64,000 bases of DNA from Bacilli bacterium. GTDB taxonomy: Bacteria > Bacillota_I > Bacilli_A > RFN20 > CAG-826. Both the position numbers and the translations under genes were made by a program. A model generated the notes under the pieces. That model had not been told where the DNA came from. It made no database searches and was given only the letters and a program-made list of their open reading frames with translations. Shown piece by piece: positions 58,397-64,000 of this stretch; position 1 is the stretch's first letter; every line of letters starts with the position of its first letter. The stretch lies in assembly GCA_017619815.1 (NCBI GenBank), contig JAFZRR010000017.1, positions 1 to 64,000 of the forward strand. Direction: 5' to 3'.

Positions 58397-59290
58397 TTTT
58401 CCGTCGCCTTCGTAACGGGTGACTTCTTTACCTAAACAATAGACAGCAATGACGCCTGGGCCACATGTTGTTCCAACAATAGGACCAATCCAAGTAATTC
58501 TTGGTTCGATGTCCAATTCTGCTTTAAGTTTTTCTGCAATGAATTCAGCTCGTTCTTGTGCCATGCCTTGGCCAATAATAACTTCAGCACCTTTTTCTTT
58601 TATGTAGGCATCTTTGATTCCTGAAATTAATTCCTCTAATGAATTCTTTGTGCCTTTTGCTTTCTTAATAACAAAGTTATTACCTAAAGCATCACTAATG
58701 AAGATTGGTTTAACACCCATAATATTTCCAAAGAAAGCTTTAGCGCCTTTAATACGGCCCGCATTCTTTAGGTATGTGAGCGTGTCAACTGTTGCGAAGA
58801 AGTTGAAACAAAGTTTATTTTCTTCAACCCAATTTGCCACTTCATCAACGCTCTTACCTGCTTTTCTCATCTTTGCAGCTTCCATAGCAATTAAGCCTTC
58901 GCTGCAACTAGCATTTAAGCTATCAATTGCATAGATTTTGCGATCAGGGAATTCTTCAAGTAATTGTGGTTTGACTAATGTTTCACATGTACTTACTGAA
59001 CCTGATAATTTGCTTGAACAAGCAATGTAGATAATATCGTAACCATCTTTTAATGCTGGACGGAATTTCTCAAGAAATTCAGGAACGGAAACTTGTGTTG
59101 TTTTAACATGTCTTCCTTCTTTTAACCATCCATAGAATTCTTCTGGTTTATAATCAACCCAGTCTAAATCTGCACGTTTTTCTTCTCCATCCACTACAAC
59201 CCCCATGTAGACATATTCAATGTCATATTGTTTGCGGATTTCTGTGCTTAAGTCACTGCATGAATCAGTGAATATTTTAAATTTCGCCAT
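58394..59290 (-). CDS. DegV-family fatty-acid-binding protein
   Basis: MAKFKIFTDSCSDL...IYIACSSKLSGS, typical DegV/EDD fold. Confidence 0.85.
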   Translation of the reverse strand: MAKFKIFTDSCSDLSTEIRKQYDIEYVYMGVVVDGEEKRADLDWVDYKPEEFYGWLKEGRHVKTTQVSVPEFLEKFRPALKDGYDIIYIACSSKLSGSVSTCETLVKPQLLEEFPDRKIYAIDSLNASCSEGLIAMEAAKMRKAGKSVDEVANWVEENKLCFNFFATVDTLTYLKNAGRIKGAKAFFGNIMGVKPIFISDALGNNFVIKKAKGTKNSLEELISGIKDAYIKEKGAEVIIGQGMAQERAEFIAEKLKAELDIEPRITWIGPIVGTTCGPGVIAVYCLGKEVTRYEGDGK

Positions 59291-59398
59291 GAGTAATACT
59301 CCTTATCTGCACTTATCATCCTTAAAATAGGACGATAATGCTATATATTTTATAGTTTTTGTTACAGTTGTAAACAATTGTTTATAAATAAAAGATGG

Positions 59399-59542
59399 TT
59401 ATGCACCATCTATATGTCTATCGCAAATTGGAACATAATCTTTCTTGCGATTTTCGTGTTCTCTTTCATGGAACATATCGATATCTTCACCAGTTAATCG
59501 TCTGTGTCTGCGTTTTCTACGCTTTTTTAACTCTTCATCCAT
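59399..59542 (-). CDS. small highly basic ORF (47 aa), translationally coupled to the upstream ATP-grasp gene
   Basis: Own translation: MDEELKKRRKRRHRRLTGEDIDMFHEREHENRKKDYVPICDRHIDGA. Its ATG overlaps the upstream stop as TAATG. It is below the 60-aa track cutoff. Confidence 0.3.
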   Translation of the reverse strand: MDEELKKRRKRRHRRLTGEDIDMFHEREHENRKKDYVPICDRHIDGA

Positions 59543-60738
59543 TATTTTCTGGCCTCTGAATATTCTCTAAATTCTTCTACTTCTTCTAAGGTTTTAAACT
59601 TTGCCATGAAGTAGCGATCTCCCATAGCATCAGAAAAGATTTTTGCGTATCTACCGTGGTTGCAAATTTGATTTTTATATTTTGCTAATAATTCTTCATC
59701 GCTGTGAAGATATTCAAATTCATCTCTACGAGATGCAACAGGTGCATAGAAGTGTTCAAACTCATCTTTTTGTCTATTTTCATCAAATGCCATGACGTCT
59801 GCATAGATTTGATAAACGTCGCTTGAATTTGCAAAGTTGATTAGGTCTGGAGTATATCCACCACCAGGTCTCATATTGGTTTCTAGCGCCACAATATCAC
59901 CTATTTCTCCTAATCCTTTTGCGGGCTTGGTTAATCTAAAAAATTCAAGGTGGAAGAATCTTTGCTTAACACCAAAAGCTTTAATGACTTTTCTGCCAAT
60001 TTCTTCTAAGTCTTTAGCAGGACGAGGGAAAGTGTAATAGAACATGTCTTTCTTCTCATGAACAATATCCGCTACTGAAGGTGGGAAATAGTTTGAAGCG
60101 CAGAAAACAACTTCTGATTTGGAGTTGCAAATTCCGTCAAAGGAAACAATATCTCCACAAATAAATTGTTCGCAAATATAGTGAATATTTTTATCACAAT
60201 TATTGAAGAAAAAGTCGATGTCTGCAGGATTTTCTATCTTATATGTGCCTTCAGCGCCAACACCATGATCTGGTTTAATAAACACTGGATAATCCACTTC
60301 TTCTATGAATTTTTCAAGGTTCTCTCTATCAGAAATTAAAGTATATTTAGCTACTTTTGCTCCTGCTTTAAGATAGCCAATTTTCATAAGTGATTTATGA
60401 TTGTAAAAATCAATTTCTCCACCCATTGGACCAGTAATAATGCCAAACATTTCTCTTAATTTGGCATCTTTATCTAACCAATACTCATTGTTACTTTCTA
60501 AGTAATCAATGTGACCATATTTATCTTCAAAGTATTTAACTGCTTTAACTTCGTTATCAAAATTATCCATGTTGTAACAAACATAGTATTCAGTTAGAGC
60601 TTCTTTAAGTTCTGGTCTTAAGTTCTCGTATGGGTCATCGCCAATACCAAGCACTCTAAAACCATTCTTTTTAAGCGCGACTACAAAACGATAAAAAGAG
60701 TCTGGAAAATGTGGAGAGATAAAAACAAAGTTTTTCAT
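59542..60738 (-). CDS. ATP-grasp domain carboxylate-amine ligase of unknown specificity
   Basis: About 400 aa. ATP-grasp blocks VFIKPDHGVGAEGTYKI, ICEQFICGDIVSFDG and ALETNMRPGGG. Start trimmed to MKNFVFISPHF after the kinase stop. Confidence 0.6.
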   Translation of the reverse strand: MKNFVFISPHFPDSFYRFVVALKKNGFRVLGIGDDPYENLRPELKEALTEYYVCYNMDNFDNEVKAVKYFEDKYGHIDYLESNNEYWLDKDAKLREMFGIITGPMGGEIDFYNHKSLMKIGYLKAGAKVAKYTLISDRENLEKFIEEVDYPVFIKPDHGVGAEGTYKIENPADIDFFFNNCDKNIHYICEQFICGDIVSFDGICNSKSEVVFCASNYFPPSVADIVHEKKDMFYYTFPRPAKDLEEIGRKVIKAFGVKQRFFHLEFFRLTKPAKGLGEIGDIVALETNMRPGGGYTPDLINFANSSDVYQIYADVMAFDENRQKDEFEHFYAPVASRRDEFEYLHSDEELLAKYKNQICNHGRYAKIFSDAMGDRYFMAKFKTLEEVEEFREYSEARK

Positions 60739-60739
60739 A

Positions 60740-62296
60740 TTAGAATTCTTTTTTATCAAATTTCTTGATGTCTTTATAAACATCTTTTAGTTGTGGGAAC
60801 ATCTTTAAATAGACTTTTCTATAAAGATAATTGTATTGCTTGTGAGCAACTTGATTTGGTTGGAATGTAGAGGTTACTCTACTCATTTTTGACATAGCCT
60901 CTTCTATGGAAGAGAAGTGACCAGCAGCAACGAATGTTGAGATGGCAGCGCCTAATGATGTGGTTTCAAATGTTTGTACTCTTGAAACTGGTAAACCAAA
61001 TACATCAGATGTAATTTGGCAAATAACATCACTTTGAGATCCACCACCGGAAATCATAAGACTCTTTACTTTATGCTTTTGAGATTTTTCAATTCCTTCT
61101 AAACCTTCTCTTAATGCATAGGCAATACCTTCGATAATTGCGCGGTATAAATGTTCCATCGTATGTACATCTGAGAAACCAATAATTGCACCTTTTGCTA
61201 ATGGTCTAGAGAGACCTGGACCCCAATATGGTTGTAGGACAAGTCCATCACTTCCTGGTGGGATGGTCCAGAGCTTACTATTCAAAAGCTCTTCAACTGC
61301 CATTTCTTGAATTTTAGCTTCATTAACTAATTCAGGAGCAAACTCTCTACTAAACCATGTTAACATCCAATAACCACGATAGATTTGGACATCCATGTTA
61401 TACCAATTTGGTACAGCTGCTGGATATGCAGGTAAGAACTTTTCTGGTTCGTGATATTTTTGATTTGATACTTCAATTGTGGATGCTGTGCCATAAGAAA
61501 TAGCACCAATATCTTTAGATAAAGCACCAAGACCAACTGTTTCACACGCTTTATCGGAGCCAGTCGCATATACTTTGATTCCGTGTGGCAAACCACATTG
61601 ATCAGCAATTTCATCTTTGATTTCGCCTAAGCATTCACCTGGTTGTTTTAATTCAGGAAGCATTCTGCTTGGAATTCCGAAAATTCTTCCTTTCAAAGCG
61701 CCTTCTTTGTACCATGCTCTCTTCTTGAAATTAATTGGATAATGACCAGTAACAGATGCTGCACTATCAACTAGATTTCCAGTCAATAAGTAAGTTAAAT
61801 ATGTTGAGATGTTTACATACTTAAAAGTCTTATCCCAAGTTTCTGGTTCGTTTTCTTTTAACCAGTGCGCGATTGTTCTTTTTCTATTTAATTCAATAGT
61901 GTTTGTCATGCCCACTAATCGGAAAGCAAAACGATGCAAAAGTGGAAGTTTTTCTTTTGCTAATGCCATTCTTTGATCTAACCATAAAACACATGGTCTT
62001 AATGGTTTGAGATTCTTGTCTAATTGGACAGATGTATCTCTAAATGTTGTGATTGTACAACCAACAATATTTGGGAGTAATGCTTTGGCTTTTTCCGCTA
62101 ATTCTTTTAAGCATTTTAAAGCTAAATCCCAATAGAAATTAGGCTCTTGTTCAGCATAGCCTTTTTCTTTAGAAAAATATGCTGGTTCATAATGTGCTTT
62201 AACAATTTCTTTAATGGTTCCGGTATTATCGATCAATGCTGTTCTAAGTGATTGTGTACCAAAATCTAATGTAAGTACTAATGGATTCATTTTCAT
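60740..62296 (-). CDS. FGGY-family carbohydrate kinase
   Basis: LTLDFGTQSLRTAL N-terminal ATPase motif and C-terminal GGGSQSDVICQITSDVFGLPV motif; 518 aa. Confidence 0.75.
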   Translation of the reverse strand: MKMNPLVLTLDFGTQSLRTALIDNTGTIKEIVKAHYEPAYFSKEKGYAEQEPNFYWDLALKCLKELAEKAKALLPNIVGCTITTFRDTSVQLDKNLKPLRPCVLWLDQRMALAKEKLPLLHRFAFRLVGMTNTIELNRKRTIAHWLKENEPETWDKTFKYVNISTYLTYLLTGNLVDSAASVTGHYPINFKKRAWYKEGALKGRIFGIPSRMLPELKQPGECLGEIKDEIADQCGLPHGIKVYATGSDKACETVGLGALSKDIGAISYGTASTIEVSNQKYHEPEKFLPAYPAAVPNWYNMDVQIYRGYWMLTWFSREFAPELVNEAKIQEMAVEELLNSKLWTIPPGSDGLVLQPYWGPGLSRPLAKGAIIGFSDVHTMEHLYRAIIEGIAYALREGLEGIEKSQKHKVKSLMISGGGSQSDVICQITSDVFGLPVSRVQTFETTSLGAAISTFVAAGHFSSIEEAMSKMSRVTSTFQPNQVAHKQYNYLYRKVYLKMFPQLKDVYKDIKKFDKKEF

Positions 62297-62437
62297 AATT
62301 TTTACCGCCGACTATATTGTATAACATTTCATTTTTTGTGAAAAACAATACAACTCAATTAACGCGTGTGCTACGATTATTATGCAAGTGTGAGCGATAT
62401 ATGTGCTCTACACAACATGCCTATTAGGAGGAAATAT

Positions 62438-64000
62438 ATGGCTGAACAAAAAAGATACGTTTACCCCTTTGATGAAGCTTATGGCTTAGGCAAAGAAATC
62501 TTAGGTGGTAAAGGTGCTGGCTTAGCGGAAATGACACACATCGGTGTCCCAGTCCCAGAAGGTTTCACAATCTCAACAGAAGCTTGCACACTCTATTATC
62601 AAAGTGGAAAAGTCATCCCAGAATTTGTCCAAAAACAAATTTTTGACGCAATCGCACGCGTTGAAAAACAAACAGGCAAAACATTCGGTGGTGAACACAA
62701 TCCATTATTAGTTTCCGTCCGTTCCGGTGCACGCGTTAGTATGCCTGGTATGATGGATACAATCTTAAACTTAGGTTTAAACGAAGTTACTGCTGCTGCT
62801 TTAGCAAAAGAAACAGGTAACGAAAGATTCGCAATGGACTCTTATCGTCGTTTCATTCTTATGTTTACAAACATCGCCAAAGGTCATCCAAGAGATGCTA
62901 TGGACAAGATGCTTGAAAAAATCAAAGAAGAAAACGGTTACAAACTCGATACAGAAGTTACAGTCGATCAATTAAAAGACTTAGTTAAACGTTATAAAGA
63001 ATATTACAAGAACACCTTTGGTGAAGAATTCCCAACTGATCCAAAAGTTCAATTAATGGAAGCTGTTGCCGCAGTCTTTAGAAGCTGGGACAACCCACGT
63101 GCTAATATTTATCGTATGCAATATTCCATTCCTTATGAATGGGGTACCGCAGTTAACGTTCAATCCATGGCCTTTGGTAACAAGGGTGAAACATCTGGTA
63201 CAGGTGTTGCGTTCTCACGTAACGCTGCTACAGGTGAAAAAGTCATCTCTGCTGAATATTTACCAAACGCACAAGGTGAAGACGTCGTCGCAGGTATTCG
63301 TACACCATTACACATTGATGAATTAAAGAGAAGAATGCCTGATGTTTATGACCAATTCGTCAAAACAATCAAAAACATGGAACTCCACTATCGCGATATG
63401 CAAGATATGGAATTCACAGTCGAAGAAGGAAAACTCTACTTCTTACAAACACGTAGTGGTAAGAGAACCCCAGCCGCAGCCTTAAAGATGGCATGTGACA
63501 TGGTCGATGAAGAATTAATTACTAAAGAAGAAGCCGTTTTAAGAATTGATCCAGTCTCCTTCGATAAATTATTATTACCAAACTTTGACAGAGACGATTT
63601 AGCTGCTGCTAAAGATCGTTTAATCGCTCAAGGTAACCCAGCCGGCCCAGGTGCTGGTACAGGTAAATTAGCCTTCACAGCTGAAGAAGCTGAAAGAAGA
63701 CACAAAGCCGGTGAAAAAGTTGTCTTAGTCCGTGCTGAAACATCTCCAGAAGACTTAATCGGTATGATTGCTTCCGAAGGTATTCTCACAATGCGCGGTG
63801 GTATGACATCACACGCAGCCGTCGTTGCTCGTGGTATGGGTAAATGCTGTATTACAGGTTGCGCAGCCGCATTAATCGACGAAGAAAAAGAAACATTAAC
63901 AATCAATGGTAAAGTTTATGGTGTCAACGACACATTATCATTAGATGGTTCAACCGGCAACGTTTACGTTGGCGACATTAAGAAAGTTGCACCAGACCTC
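62438..64000 (+). CDS. ppdK: pyruvate, phosphate dikinase (5' partial; runs off the right edge)
   Basis: AGGAGG SD then MAEQKRYVYPFDEAYGLGKEILGGKGAGLAEM. Catalytic His region GGMTSHAAVVARGMGKCCITGC. Unterminated, hence absent from the ORF track. Confidence 0.88.
   Translation, partial: MAEQKRYVYPFDEAYGLGKEILGGKGAGLAEMTHIGVPVPEGFTISTEACTLYYQSGKVIPEFVQKQIFDAIARVEKQTGKTFGGEHNPLLVSVRSGARVSMPGMMDTILNLGLNEVTAAALAKETGNERFAMDSYRRFILMFTNIAKGHPRDAMDKMLEKIKEENGYKLDTEVTVDQLKDLVKRYKEYYKNTFGEEFPTDPKVQLMEAVAAVFRSWDNPRANIYRMQYSIPYEWGTAVNVQSMAFGNKGETSGTGVAFSRNAATGEKVISAEYLPNAQGEDVVAGIRTPLHIDELKRRMPDVYDQFVKTIKNMELHYRDMQDMEFTVEEGKLYFLQTRSGKRTPAAALKMACDMVDEELITKEEAVLRIDPVSFDKLLLPNFDRDDLAAAKDRLIAQGNPAGPGAGTGKLAFTAEEAERRHKAGEKVVLVRAETSPEDLIGMIASEGILTMRGGMTSHAAVVARGMGKCCITGCAAALIDEEKETLTINGKVYGVNDTLSLDGSTGNVYVGDIKKVAPDL

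Noticed and set aside
61360-61614. 84-aa ORF antisense within the FGGY kinase gene, and similar short antisense ORFs inside secA, uvrB, prfA and typA
   Set aside because: They are embedded in well-supported conserved genes on the opposite strand or in a different frame, with no RBS, and are artefacts.
1-64000. Mobile elements, prophage and CRISPR
   Set aside because: No transposase, integrase, phage structural genes, inverted-repeat-bounded insertion or short regularly spaced repeat array was found on either strand.

Overview
This 64-kb window comes from an AT-rich, low-GC genome of the Firmicutes/Tenericutes lineage (roughly 30% GC by eye; possibly Erysipelotrichia- or Acholeplasma-like). 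It uses the standard genetic code: UGA is a stop, and it is the stop in the prfB frameshift site. The right ~37 kb (27-64 kb) is conserved housekeeping. It holds a Y-family polymerase plus YolD, upp-prs-hpt, an M29 aminopeptidase, secG, uvrB, a YitT-family protein, prfB (with the programmed +1 frameshift) next to secA, comFA-comFC, rpiB-prmC-prfA, dnaX-ybaB-recR-tmk-holB-ricT(yaaT)-rsmI, a giant YfhO-family membrane protein, typA, an RluA-family synthase, two ATP-grasp enzymes, a DegV protein, an FGGY kinase and a 5' partial ppdK. The left ~2.5-27 kb reads as an accessory cell-surface/secretome region. It contains flotillin, two paralogous secreted proteins, S41-like and M6(InhA)-like lipoprotein peptidases, and two separate SipW-type signal peptidase loci with TasA/camelysin-family proteins. 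One locus is an 8-gene minus-strand operon that includes two TasA-N-domain/beta-helix fusion proteins and a duplicated-domain Pro/Glu-linker protein. The other is a 3-gene plus-strand locus preceded by a sigma-A promoter, a perfect palindrome and a c-di-GMP-I(GEMM)-like riboswitch leader, and followed by an ABC-2 transporter. Between them sits a ~1-kb GC-rich non-coding island with ~300-nt periodic repeats and its own minus-strand intrinsic terminator, a candidate large structured RNA. A single tRNA-Ala(CGC) lies at the boundary between the accessory and housekeeping parts. No CRISPR array, rRNA, transposase or integrase was seen.
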